64,000 nucleotides of DNA from Flavobacteriia bacterium (GCA_947458955.1 CANGZT010000001.1:32700-96699); one strand, 5' to 3'. Shown: positions 48,856 to 58,450, counted from the stretch's first letter. Notes: generated by a model from the sequence alone, not told the origin. Made by a program: numbers and translations.

Positions 48856-49794
48856 TTATTTTTTAAATTTTGTTTTGTGTACATTTTCAACAAATACTTG
48901 CTCTTTGCCATTAGCAGTTATTATAATAGTGTTATATCTATTTTTGAATATGTAATCTGAAACTCTTTTTTCTGCGTAAAATTTCTCTTTTTTAGTCGCA
49001 TGCATTATTTTAAGTATTTCTGATTTTTTTTGATCAAAAAATAATTCAATTTTAGTAACACTTGGATCTCTAATCGATTTTAAAATTGTTAATTCATCAT
49101 TTGTTATCATTGACATTTTTTCTTCAGCAATAAATTCAAATGATATACCTTCAAAAAAAACTGAGCTTAATATTTCTGACATCGAAAGATTAAAATAACT
49201 TCCACTTAATAAAACTCTGCTTGGTTCATTAATTTCTATTTGTTCAATATCTCTACCTTCTTTTATAAAGTAAAAATCACCATCTTCATCGATTTTAAAA
49301 GTATATGTTAGTTTATTTATGAACATATCATATATTACCATTTCTAATAAATTAATTTGAACGTGATAATCACTGGGATTGATATTATTTAGTATTTCCA
49401 AAATTTTATCTTCTGATATTTCTGGACTCTTAGTTCTTATAACATCAAGCACACCTTTTTGTAAAAAACTTTCAATATCAACCTTATTAAATTTGTACAG
49501 TAATTTTTCCTTAAATGCTTGGATTATTTTAAACTCGATTCCAAAATCTCTCATCTTTTCAATGCATTTTAACCAAACGCAATCTAAAAATGAGTAGTTG
49601 TTTGTTGATCCTTTTACTATTTCTTTAAAAAGCAATCCTTTGCCTTTCCATTGATTTACAAAACGTGGCTCAATCATCAGATCTTTAGCACTGTATTGAA
49701 TCCTGTTTATTTTCTCTTGAAAATCAGTTATTTCAACTAGCATTTCTTGTGTTTTACTAGTTTCAAAATTTAGTTCTTCACTTTTTTTTATCAT
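48856..49794 (-). CDS. hypothetical protein with MerR-like N-terminal HTH
   Basis: YSAKDLMIEPRFVNQWKGKGLLF...YSFLDCVWLKCIEKMRDFGIEFKII resembles the MerR-type HTH pattern. The start is set at MIKKSEEL (49794). Confidence 0.4.
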   Translation of the reverse strand: MIKKSEELNFETSKTQEMLVEITDFQEKINRIQYSAKDLMIEPRFVNQWKGKGLLFKEIVKGSTNNYSFLDCVWLKCIEKMRDFGIEFKIIQAFKEKLLYKFNKVDIESFLQKGVLDVIRTKSPEISEDKILEILNNINPSDYHVQINLLEMVIYDMFINKLTYTFKIDEDGDFYFIKEGRDIEQIEINEPSRVLLSGSYFNLSMSEILSSVFFEGISFEFIAEEKMSMITNDELTILKSIRDPSVTKIELFFDQKKSEILKIMHATKKEKFYAEKRVSDYIFKNRYNTIIITANGKEQVFVENVHKTKFKK

Positions 49795-49952
49795 GGTCTT
49801 TTTATATTTTCTTTTCACAAAGATATTAAAAGAATTACAAAATAAAAACATTTTTTTAAATTAAACATTTTTAAATTTACAAACCCTCCGTTTTGTTTGG
49901 ATAGTTTTTTTTGGTTTATTGTATATTTACAAACTATTATTCAACTTAAACA

Positions 49953-50174
49953 ATGAAAGAATCAGAACTTAGAGAGAAAATATTCATTCTATCCGAAAAG
50001 TATAACGAAGAAAAAGACTCCATAGAACCTATAAAAAATGAAGAACAAATTGAATATCAAATAATTGATATGATTTTAGATTATATGTTAACCCAAAAAA
50101 TAATAGAATTAAAAGAAATAAAATCTGCTAATAAAATTCAACTAATTAATTTTAATTCGTTAAAAAAACAATGA
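49953..50174 (+). CDS. hypothetical small protein
   Basis: 73-aa ORF rich in Glu/Lys/Ile, with no recognisable motif. Confidence 0.3.
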   Translation: MKESELREKIFILSEKYNEEKDSIEPIKNEEQIEYQIIDMILDYMLTQKIIELKEIKSANKIQLINFNSLKKQ

Positions 50175-50295
50175 AATAGCTGAGATTAATTGGTATTACA
50201 CACAATTATTCTACCCTGGATTTTATGATTCTTTTGAAGAATTTTTAGATATGTGTAAAGTGAGACTATAATTGTAAATTATAGGTTAAAATTTC

Positions 50296-50583
50296 TCAAT
50301 TAATAATGGTGAAACTTCCAAAACTTCCCCTTTTTTTGTTTTTTACAACAAATTTCACAAAATAATTATATCGATTTCCACCAACCAAAATATCAGTAAC
50401 TATAACAGCAGAAGATTCTGTTTTTAGCTTAACATGATTACAAAGGCGATAGACAATCTGACCAAAACAATGTTTATACAATTCATTTGTTTTTTTTTCT
50501 TTGACGACCTTCATATACAGCCTTGAAAAATAACTTTTTTTGAATCTTGTGTATTCTTTATTATTTTTAGAATAAGAGAGCAA
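50296..50583 (-). CDS. hypothetical small basic protein
   Basis: 95 aa from a TTG start (or 72 aa from ATG 50514), with no recognisable motif. Confidence 0.25.
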   Translation of the reverse strand: MLSYSKNNKEYTRFKKSYFSRLYMKVVKEKKTNELYKHCFGQIVYRLCNHVKLKTESSAVIVTDILVGGNRYNYFVKFVVKNKKRGSFGSFTIIN

Positions 50584-50819
50584 GAAATCGTTTCTTGTGA
50601 TTTTTTCTTCGTTTTTATATACTTGTTACTAATACTCGAAAGTATACCTAAAGTAAAAACAAAAAATTAGGATATGATTTCATAGAAGAATTTTTATTTG
50701 TAATTTAATTGATAATAAATGGATAACGACATCAACCCAATTCTTGATACCCTCTTACTAAATATTACTAACTAAGATAGAGAGTTGTTAGTTGTGTTTA
50801 ATTATTAAACAAAAAATTT

Positions 50820-51239
50820 ATGTTACAAGATTATGCAGTAATAATTCAAGGAGCAGCAATAAGAAGCTCAGAATTTACAGAAAATAGAGAGGCTTTGATT
50901 TTAAGACAAAGTCACATTAAGAATAATGGAGAATTAGTTTTTTCAACAGATGAAAACTATATAGAAATAAATGAACAAAATAAACGATATCTCATTCAGG
51001 AAGGTGATATCATAATGGCAACAACTGGTCCCTTAAACATAATTGGCAATATGTTTCAATATAAACTCCCAATGAAGGCAATTGTTGCTGGTCCTTTAAT
51101 CATAATAAGACCTAACGAAAATCCTGAAGGACTTTACAATCGGTTGAAAGATAAATATTATCATATTAAAACAATGGTATCCCCAATTGCAGGTATGACT
51201 AGAATTACTATTAGACAAATACGAGAATTGGAGTTATAA
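50820..51239 (+). CDS. orphan type I restriction S-subunit (HsdS) target-recognition-domain-like protein
   Basis: 139 aa. LIQEGDIIMATTG...AGPLIIIRPNENPEGLYNRLKDKYYHIKTMVSPIAGMTRITIRQIRELEL follows the single-TRD pattern of HsdS proteins. No hsdM or hsdR is in the window. Confidence 0.45.
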   Translation: MLQDYAVIIQGAAIRSSEFTENREALILRQSHIKNNGELVFSTDENYIEINEQNKRYLIQEGDIIMATTGPLNIIGNMFQYKLPMKAIVAGPLIIIRPNENPEGLYNRLKDKYYHIKTMVSPIAGMTRITIRQIRELEL

Positions 51240-51304
51240 AGAAATACCTATAATAATCAACAACAAACAAAATTTTGAAAAAGTTATAATTAATATTTTT
51301 TTAT

Positions 51305-51820
51305 ATGAAATTCAATAATATAGAACTGATCCTAAAAAAGTCATCTTATGAATTTGAGGTGAATGATCCTGTTTACCAAAAATCAGAATGTATATTTTGT
51401 AGTGAAAACTCAAGTTTTGGTGGGTACTCTTTTGCTTATGCTGGATTAATATATAAAATGTTAGTACCTGTAGTTCAATTTCAAAACGAAAAGCCTGTAT
51501 ATCCACTAAGAAAAATATTATCGTTAGATAATCTTAGTAAACCTATTCAAATATGTACACCTGTAATAAAAAACAACAGAGTAGAAGCTAAAACACTAAT
51601 GAACGAAATACTTGATGTAAGTAGAAAAAATAGGTTTTGTAAAATTGTTTTTACCCATTTCATCAAAATCAACCAATCCCATCATAAACTAAATATGCTG
51701 GGGATTCTAGATGCTTTAAAAGAAAATAATTTGAACTCAGAATTAAGCATTGTTCTTTCAATTGATGAAAATCATATTGAAGCATTTGAGGCAATTCTTA
51801 ATGAATATAACAACGCTTAA
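51305..51820 (+). CDS. hypothetical protein
   Basis: 171-aa ORF lying 65 nt after the HsdS-like gene. No motif recognised. Confidence 0.45.
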   Translation: MKFNNIELILKKSSYEFEVNDPVYQKSECIFCSENSSFGGYSFAYAGLIYKMLVPVVQFQNEKPVYPLRKILSLDNLSKPIQICTPVIKNNRVEAKTLMNEILDVSRKNRFCKIVFTHFIKINQSHHKLNMLGILDALKENNLNSELSIVLSIDENHIEAFEAILNEYNNA

Positions 51821-51934
51821 GTTTTTTTTAACTTTGATTAGATATATATGCGATTATAGTCTAAGCGATCATAAAGACTACGCGCGCGTTTATGAAATAT
51901 GTTACTAAATCAAAAATTATTTCAGATAAATAAA

Positions 51935-51977
51935 AGAGGCTGTCTCAAATATTAGAATAACAGCCTCTCAATTTTTA
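51935..51977 (-). terminator. hairpin terminator downstream of the STAND/263-aa gene pair
   Basis: AGAGGCTGT-16 nt-ACAGCCTCT. On the minus strand it is followed by TTTTATTTAT. Confidence 0.55.
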
Positions 51978-52072
51978 CCTAGGGGTGGGAATTTAAACCT
52001 TCATCGGATTACGCCAGATGACCTACGACCAGTTTTAAATTAGGAATCACTGGTTTCCTATGTATAAATAAA

Positions 52073-52864
52073 TTAGACCAACTCAAAATTTTGATTTTCA
52101 TCAAAGGGAAAAAAACCGCCATCTCGATCTATCAACATGATACTATTTGTGTACTCATTATCTAATAAAAATTGCTTTACTGTTTCTACAAAAAAGGGTA
52201 ATGCTCTATTATCATGATCATTATTTTCCATCAAAGTAAACCCCATACTTAATTTGTTTATACCATGAGTACCTAGCATTTTTTTCAATAGTTTAAAACT
52301 ATAATTTACCCTCTGTTGTACAAAGTTATTAATGTCGATCTCTCCATCATAGTTATTATTTATAAAGAGAAGATACGAGGTTTTATTCGTTTCATTTTCA
52401 ATTATTTTATATAAGTTATCAAATTGAATATTATCATTAAATCTAATATTATTAAAAATATTTTCATCACAAACTATCCAGTTATTTTGTGAGAAAGTAT
52501 AAGTTCTAAAATTATCGTTTTCAAAAAATAAATTTCGGCTTTGGTTCTTGAAGACTATAGTGGCATCAACAATAAAAAAGTACTTGCTTAAATTATCTTT
52601 TTTACGATGAATGTATTTAGAGGAATTGTCAACAAATGATATTCCTGAAGAATTTAAGACATTTTGTTTTCCTTCGATATCTAAATTACTGAATGCTTCA
52701 ATTTCATAATTATTAAATATATAAATTGCTAATGTTTCATGTATTCTTAGATTATCTAGATTTTCACGAATAACATTTAATCTATAACTAGGATTGTTAA
52801 TGGAATCTGGATTTAATGTAAACTCACGTAAATAACTATTTAATATATTATTATTAATTTCCAT
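52073..52864 (-). CDS. hypothetical 263-aa protein, putative partner/effector of the upstream STAND NTPase
   Basis: Clean ORF on the same strand, 96 nt downstream of the 1750-aa gene. Asn/Ile/Phe-rich with no recognisable catalytic motif. Confidence 0.6.
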   Translation of the reverse strand: MEINNNILNSYLREFTLNPDSINNPSYRLNVIRENLDNLRIHETLAIYIFNNYEIEAFSNLDIEGKQNVLNSSGISFVDNSSKYIHRKKDNLSKYFFIVDATIVFKNQSRNLFFENDNFRTYTFSQNNWIVCDENIFNNIRFNDNIQFDNLYKIIENETNKTSYLLFINNNYDGEIDINNFVQQRVNYSFKLLKKMLGTHGINKLSMGFTLMENNDHDNRALPFFVETVKQFLLDNEYTNSIMLIDRDGGFFPFDENQNFELV

Positions 52865-52960
52865 CTCTATATTTATTTTAATTACATAATCAAATCGAAG
52901 TTACAAAATAAATCAATTTTAAAAGCTAACTAGACACAACATTATCAGTAATTTATTATT

Positions 52961-55900
52961 CTAATTCAATCTATTATAAATATCAATCGCCCATTGTATT
53001 TCTAAGGATTTGTTTAAGCGATGGATTTGTTCTTCAGATATATCCGTTAAAAATATTCTCCAAATAGCATATTTTTTGAGTAGTTTTTCAATATTATCAC
53101 TATCATGAACGATGTGTTTAAGACAATCTTGAATAAAAACTTGGTCGACTTTGATTATATTTTTTTCCTCAATAAGTGTCTTTAAGAAAATTTCACGAAT
53201 TTCTTCGTGTTGGAATTGTGACATGATTTGTAAGAAAAATTGCGAGCTTGATTCCTTCATAAGTTGACTAGCAATAATTTCCCATACTTTTCGTCTTTCC
53301 CATAACTCAGAAATGGATAGACCGGCCTTTTCTGTTAAATGATATTTTTTTTGATTGAAAAGTTCCAAAGCAATTTGATGAAGCGTACTGTTTTTAGTAC
53401 TATCAAAATGAATATTTTGCACACATTTTAATGCTTCTTCAAACATACCTTGTTTTGTCATTTCAATGGATATTACCTCAAGTACGTAATTTTTATAGTT
53501 CCAATCAGAGATGTCATTTGAACATTCAATTGCTTTTGATGTATTGCCCTGTTTAGCCATTTTTAAGGAAATGATTTTCAAAAAATAATCTTTTTTTAAC
53601 TGATTATTTAAGTGTTTTGCAAAATACAATGCTTCTTCATACTTTCCATTTTCTACCTCCTCAAACAAAAAGTATGTATGTAAATCATTTTTTATTGTCA
53701 AATCCTCTATAGTTGCGGAAATTTGAAATGCTTCTTCAACCTTATTTTGTTTGAAAATCTCTCCAAAAAGTCTATTTATATTTATAGGAGAAAAATAATC
53801 ACAATAATCATTTAATTCTTTGGCAAATAAAAAGGCTTCTTTAATCATTGATAGGTTGATAATTTGTGGAAATATTTCTTCTATATCGGATAATTTAAAT
53901 ACTATTTCCTCTTCATCGATCCAACCTTTATTCTTTTGAATTCTAATAAACACCATCACGTAAGACAGAATGTCTTGCATCATTTTTTTAGCTTTTATTA
54001 TTTGACCTTGAGTTATGAGCTCAGATATAATGTCTTTCCATTTCTCAAAATAAAAATCAAAATTATAATTGTTAAAATCTTTTTGTATTAACATAAGAGC
54101 ATCATCTAATATAGAGGATGACTCTGCAAACTTACTCTGTAAAAATAAGGCATGGGAAATATCTTTTAAATCTAAACATCTCGAAAATGCATTAGCTAAC
54201 TCGCGCGCCTCATTCAGTATTGGATCAACATCTTCTATGAAACCTTGTTCTGTTAATTGATTTACCACAGAAAGCATGGTTCTACTAGAGTTTATCTTAC
54301 GTGCGTATTGTAATGTATATTTAAGTATTGTACGTGAATCAATAATCGTATGCGGAGATGATTCAAACATACCTAATTCTATTTCAAACTCTTTTATAAT
54401 ATGTCCCTGCATAGCCATTTTTGAAGAGATTTCTAATAATGTTCTTGTTTTACTATCTTCTAATTGAAAAAACTCTTCATTTCCGTCTTTCATAATTCCT
54501 ACTAATTGAATAGCAGCCTCAAACAAATTTTGTTTTAGTAATTCAAAACAGATTTTTTCTAAATCATTGTTATCTAGCTTATCACTAATTAAGTTAACAC
54601 ATTGTAAAGCTGCTTGTAATCTGTTTTGATTAACGAATTCCATTAAAATGTCTGCAAATGATGGGGGAAACCAATTATAATATTCGCATCTAAATTCACT
54701 AATTGTATCTAATACTGCTTCTAGATTTCCTTGTTTTGAAAATTCAATGCAAATTTTAGAAAGAACATTATTTGCATATTTTATTTCTTTTGATAATTTA
54801 AATGCTTCATTCAATTTCCCTTCATTGGCAAGTTTAATGGAGATATCGGTAAGTAAATTTTCTCTTTTTTCATTTATAGTATCTCTTACTGAAATAATCG
54901 ATTCATTCATCAAATCGATAATATCCTGCCATTTGGATTGAAACGATAATTCTGAACAAATCGCTTGAATTACTTCGCTCTTCCAATCATTATTCGAAAT
55001 GTTCAAACTCAATTCAAGCGCTTTCTGCATTGTTTGCTCTGCTTCGTCCAATAAGTTAACGATATATAATTCAGAGGAAATAGCAGCTAGTCTTATAGCC
55101 TTTTCACCATCATCTGTTGTATCGTTTGCTATAGCGAATGCTTCATCAATCTGACCATGTTTTACTAATTGCTTTACTAATTTCATGGTGATTATATAAT
55201 TAAAGTTAGTCCCTGTTCTAACCATAGTAATAGACTCAACCCATTCTCTAGCAATATCAAGCTTTCCTTTTTTTTCAAGTGCTGGAATAAAATCGTCGAA
55301 ACAATACCATGAAGTATTATCACCTCTATCATCAATTATACTAAAATTTAACACTTCAATCATATGAACCTTAGCCATTTCCAGTCTATCTTGTTCAATA
55401 AGGGCTAAAGTTTTTAATATTTCTACATCATATTGTTCATTATATCCTGTGTATTTCTCAAGTTCACTTATAGCATGATCTATTGAGATTAAAATTTCAG
55501 AATCTCTTTCTGCATTTACTTTATTTTCTTCTGTAGTCAAATGAAGTAATGATTCTATTTTATATACGATATCTCCGACACCTAAAATAAATTTATACAC
55601 ATCAAACCCTTTACCTAAATAAACCATTTGTGAATATATTTTTTTTAACAATTCTTTATATTCCTCTTTCCAGTAGGGAAAGGGTATTTCATTGTAAACT
55701 TCACCTAAAACATCTTTCAAAGACCAAAATCTATCGTAATCATCATCATCATAAACATCAAAATTATTTTCTTGATGTTTCTTAGAAAGTTCATTATCTA
55801 AGAGTTTATAAATAATATTCAATGCTTCATGTAAAAGAGAGATAGCTTCAGAAGTTCGCCCTTGTTTAGAAAATTCTGACGCAACAAATTCTAAAATATA

Positions 55901-58213
55901 ACTTTTACTATATAATTCATTAATTGTACTTGCAAAATCAAGTGCTTCATCTATTTTACCATGTTTTGCGTATTCAATACCTAATTCTCCAAATGCTATG
56001 TTTTTTTGCCATTCATCACTAATTCTTTTGGCACTAGCATAAGCTTCATTTAGTATGTTTAATTTTTCTATATCCACTTTTTGTGTATCAATATTTCTTA
56101 TGATAGTAATTAACGCATAAAAAATATCAAAGTCGTTGTTTAATGTTCGAGCAATTTCAAGAGCTTCTTCGATTCTTCCGTGACATCCTATTGAAGTAAA
56201 TATACCTGTTATAGAGTCTCTTTTTATTCCAAAATCATTGATTTTCTTTGCGATAGTAAGTCCTTCGTGAATAAACGCTAAAGCTTTTTCTTCCTTACCC
56301 TGTTTACCAAGTTCTGTGGATATGTCCGTCAGCGCGATACATATATCAGATTCTTTTTTTAAATTTCTAGCATGTTCAAGCGCTACATCAAGCTTGTTTT
56401 GTTTGATTAACTGCTTTATTACAAAGTTTTTACTGCAAATGTTTTCTAATACTTTTAGTTCACTATCCGAAAATGGAGCTTCTCTTTCTAGACATATCTC
56501 TATTTCTTGTTCATTGAAGTAACTGAAGTAACCTCTTTTTAAAACAATTTTATAATCTAAATCTAAAGCAACCCATTGTCCTGCCATTTTGAAAACTAGG
56601 TTTATCGGAAAAAAGTCACTCCAATTCAAAAGTTTATAATTCATTGGGAGATGCTCATCTAAATGATTCAGTAGTTTTTCAAGGGCTTCTTTTTGGAAAG
56701 GTTTATTTTTACTATCCAAAAGTGTTAATTCCATCAGGCACGGCATGTAGAGTTTAAACTTACGTTTCAACCCTTCCTCATCATTATTCGCAAAACTTTC
56801 TATTCGTTTCAGGGCTAAATCTATCTCATTGTCAGTAACTAAAGTCAACACGAATGGTGCTTCAGCTGTTTCTTCACTTTTTAATTCTACCAAATTAAGT
56901 GCTGATTCCAACTGTAAATGGTAATCATTTAGTTCTAAAGATTTTTCCAAACTTAGCTGGTAAAGATTTTTCGTTGCATCAAAATGCCTTAATACTTTCT
57001 TTTGTGTATCTGTATAATCCTTATTTTGAAAAAGTGAAAACAAGTCTGTTTGGTGCACTTTTTGACTGCTTACGCTTAGATGTCGTCCATAATTTTCTAA
57101 AGCGTATCGCTGTTCCCATTCACCCATTTGATTTTTCCAAGTGGAACAAAAATGAATAATCTGCGTATTTGCTTCATCTAAGTTAGCAGATTCCCATTTC
57201 ACCAAATATTCTCTTAAACTTTCATGGAATAATTGATATCCTATCACACCCTCATCAAGGATACTTTCGTAACAAAACTCTTTTATAAGAACGTTAAGAT
57301 GTTTTAGTGTTTCATCATCAAGATTATTAATCAGACCTAGATGTCTAAGAGTCAAAAAATCGTATGCTGCAGCCAATAAATACATACACCTTAAAAGATC
57401 TTCACCATGTATATTTTTAGCATATCGTTGCAGAATGGATTTGTAATAATCATTTAGTTCAATGGGTAATACATTACTTTCATTGACTTTAATGAATCCT
57501 TTATCAATTGAATCACACATTAATTTTAAATACAATGGATTTCCTTGAGAGGCGTTTACAACTTTTCGAAACCAACTGTCTTCAACTTTCAGATTATATC
57601 TTTGGGCTACTTCATCAAGTATTTCCTGAATGTTATTTTCTGTTAAACCACCTAACTCAATTTTTACAAAATTTTCTCTTGGCAAAGATGCCCAGAGTTC
57701 TTCAATTTGTGTATCGCTACCAGGTCGCGAACTAAAAATAAAAATTATATTATCAAATAGTTGACGAGGAAGGTAACTAACTAAATTGTTTTCTGTCCCT
57801 TCATCCAAACCATCGATGAATATCAATAGTTTTTTATCTTTATTTTGCTCGCTCCATATCCGCCACTTGGAAAACAATTGTTGTTGTATATTTAGAATAG
57901 TTTTACCCTCAGACTTAATTTCCCTGGCTTGAGGAAAAAGATCATCCGTTTTTTTAATTAAATCATTCAAAAAATATTCAATCTGAGCTTGGGCTGTTCC
58001 GCGACGAATCCATGACGCAATTATCTCGGTATTTATCAGCTCATTTTCCAATCGTATATCTTTAATAAATTCAGCGACAAGTGAAGATTTACCTATACCT
58101 GGATGACCAAAAATGCAGAAATATCCATTTTTGTTTTTTTTTACATAATCTAGAAATTGTGTACGTTCTATTTGTCTACCTATAAATCTATGTGAGTTTT
58201 GTTTTTGTGTCAT
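52961..58213 (-). CDS. NACHT-type STAND P-loop NTPase with >1000-aa C-terminal helical-repeat array
   Basis: Walker A GHPGIGKS (aa 36-43), Walker B LLIFIDGLDE (aa 129-138), FIFSSRP (aa 158-164) and GNPLYL (aa 224-229). At least 14 copies of an (I/L)xxE(L/F)xKQGxxxEA-type helical repeat follow. Confidence 0.85.
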   Translation of the reverse strand: MTQKQNSHRFIGRQIERTQFLDYVKKNKNGYFCIFGHPGIGKSSLVAEFIKDIRLENELINTEIIASWIRRGTAQAQIEYFLNDLIKKTDDLFPQAREIKSEGKTILNIQQQLFSKWRIWSEQNKDKKLLIFIDGLDEGTENNLVSYLPRQLFDNIIFIFSSRPGSDTQIEELWASLPRENFVKIELGGLTENNIQEILDEVAQRYNLKVEDSWFRKVVNASQGNPLYLKLMCDSIDKGFIKVNESNVLPIELNDYYKSILQRYAKNIHGEDLLRCMYLLAAAYDFLTLRHLGLINNLDDETLKHLNVLIKEFCYESILDEGVIGYQLFHESLREYLVKWESANLDEANTQIIHFCSTWKNQMGEWEQRYALENYGRHLSVSSQKVHQTDLFSLFQNKDYTDTQKKVLRHFDATKNLYQLSLEKSLELNDYHLQLESALNLVELKSEETAEAPFVLTLVTDNEIDLALKRIESFANNDEEGLKRKFKLYMPCLMELTLLDSKNKPFQKEALEKLLNHLDEHLPMNYKLLNWSDFFPINLVFKMAGQWVALDLDYKIVLKRGYFSYFNEQEIEICLEREAPFSDSELKVLENICSKNFVIKQLIKQNKLDVALEHARNLKKESDICIALTDISTELGKQGKEEKALAFIHEGLTIAKKINDFGIKRDSITGIFTSIGCHGRIEEALEIARTLNNDFDIFYALITIIRNIDTQKVDIEKLNILNEAYASAKRISDEWQKNIAFGELGIEYAKHGKIDEALDFASTINELYSKSYILEFVASEFSKQGRTSEAISLLHEALNIIYKLLDNELSKKHQENNFDVYDDDDYDRFWSLKDVLGEVYNEIPFPYWKEEYKELLKKIYSQMVYLGKGFDVYKFILGVGDIVYKIESLLHLTTEENKVNAERDSEILISIDHAISELEKYTGYNEQYDVEILKTLALIEQDRLEMAKVHMIEVLNFSIIDDRGDNTSWYCFDDFIPALEKKGKLDIAREWVESITMVRTGTNFNYIITMKLVKQLVKHGQIDEAFAIANDTTDDGEKAIRLAAISSELYIVNLLDEAEQTMQKALELSLNISNNDWKSEVIQAICSELSFQSKWQDIIDLMNESIISVRDTINEKRENLLTDISIKLANEGKLNEAFKLSKEIKYANNVLSKICIEFSKQGNLEAVLDTISEFRCEYYNWFPPSFADILMEFVNQNRLQAALQCVNLISDKLDNNDLEKICFELLKQNLFEAAIQLVGIMKDGNEEFFQLEDSKTRTLLEISSKMAMQGHIIKEFEIELGMFESSPHTIIDSRTILKYTLQYARKINSSRTMLSVVNQLTEQGFIEDVDPILNEARELANAFSRCLDLKDISHALFLQSKFAESSSILDDALMLIQKDFNNYNFDFYFEKWKDIISELITQGQIIKAKKMMQDILSYVMVFIRIQKNKGWIDEEEIVFKLSDIEEIFPQIINLSMIKEAFLFAKELNDYCDYFSPININRLFGEIFKQNKVEEAFQISATIEDLTIKNDLHTYFLFEEVENGKYEEALYFAKHLNNQLKKDYFLKIISLKMAKQGNTSKAIECSNDISDWNYKNYVLEVISIEMTKQGMFEEALKCVQNIHFDSTKNSTLHQIALELFNQKKYHLTEKAGLSISELWERRKVWEIIASQLMKESSSQFFLQIMSQFQHEEIREIFLKTLIEEKNIIKVDQVFIQDCLKHIVHDSDNIEKLLKKYAIWRIFLTDISEEQIHRLNKSLEIQWAIDIYNRLN

Positions 58214-58450
58214 AAAAATCTATTTTAAATAGTATATATTGTGTAACTTCCTTTTTTTTAGTGAGTTGTAACAAATATATAAAGTTTATAAATATACTTT
58301 AATTACGCTTTATTTTTTAATGCGTAACAAACTATTATTGAAAGATAAAAACTGTTTATTAATAAATCAAACGGATTTTAAAAAAGGTATGTATAAAATA
58401 TCAAAACAATTATTAGAAATCAATTTAATAAAACAAAGAAAAGTAATGCA

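Noticed and set aside
48713-48960. Two overlapping plus-strand ORFs (80 aa and 61 aa) upstream of the recombinase.
   Set aside because: They are hydrophobic, low-complexity translations that overlap the minus-strand 48-aa ORF and the 3' end of the 312-aa gene. The minus-strand operon reading is more coherent.
51978-52072. A GC-richer non-coding patch (ACCTAGGGGTGGGAATTTAAACCTTCATCGGATTACGCCAGATGACC...) that looked like a tRNA fragment or a displaced att/tRNA 3' end. A CGCGCGCG run lies nearby at 51893-51900.
   Set aside because: I could not fold it into a T-arm plus acceptor or any cloverleaf. It shares only a loose GGTTTAAAT/GGTTTGAAT resemblance with the tRNA-Arg 3' half. Short 5-bp stems (TCATC/GATGA, CCAGT/ACTGG) are not convincing by themselves. 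It is worth a covariance-model scan, but it is unsupported here.
54069-57735. Six 63-86-aa plus-strand ORFs inside the STAND gene.
   Set aside because: They are antisense to a 5.2-kb uninterrupted ORF with strong NTPase motifs. Their composition is typical of reverse-frame artefacts.
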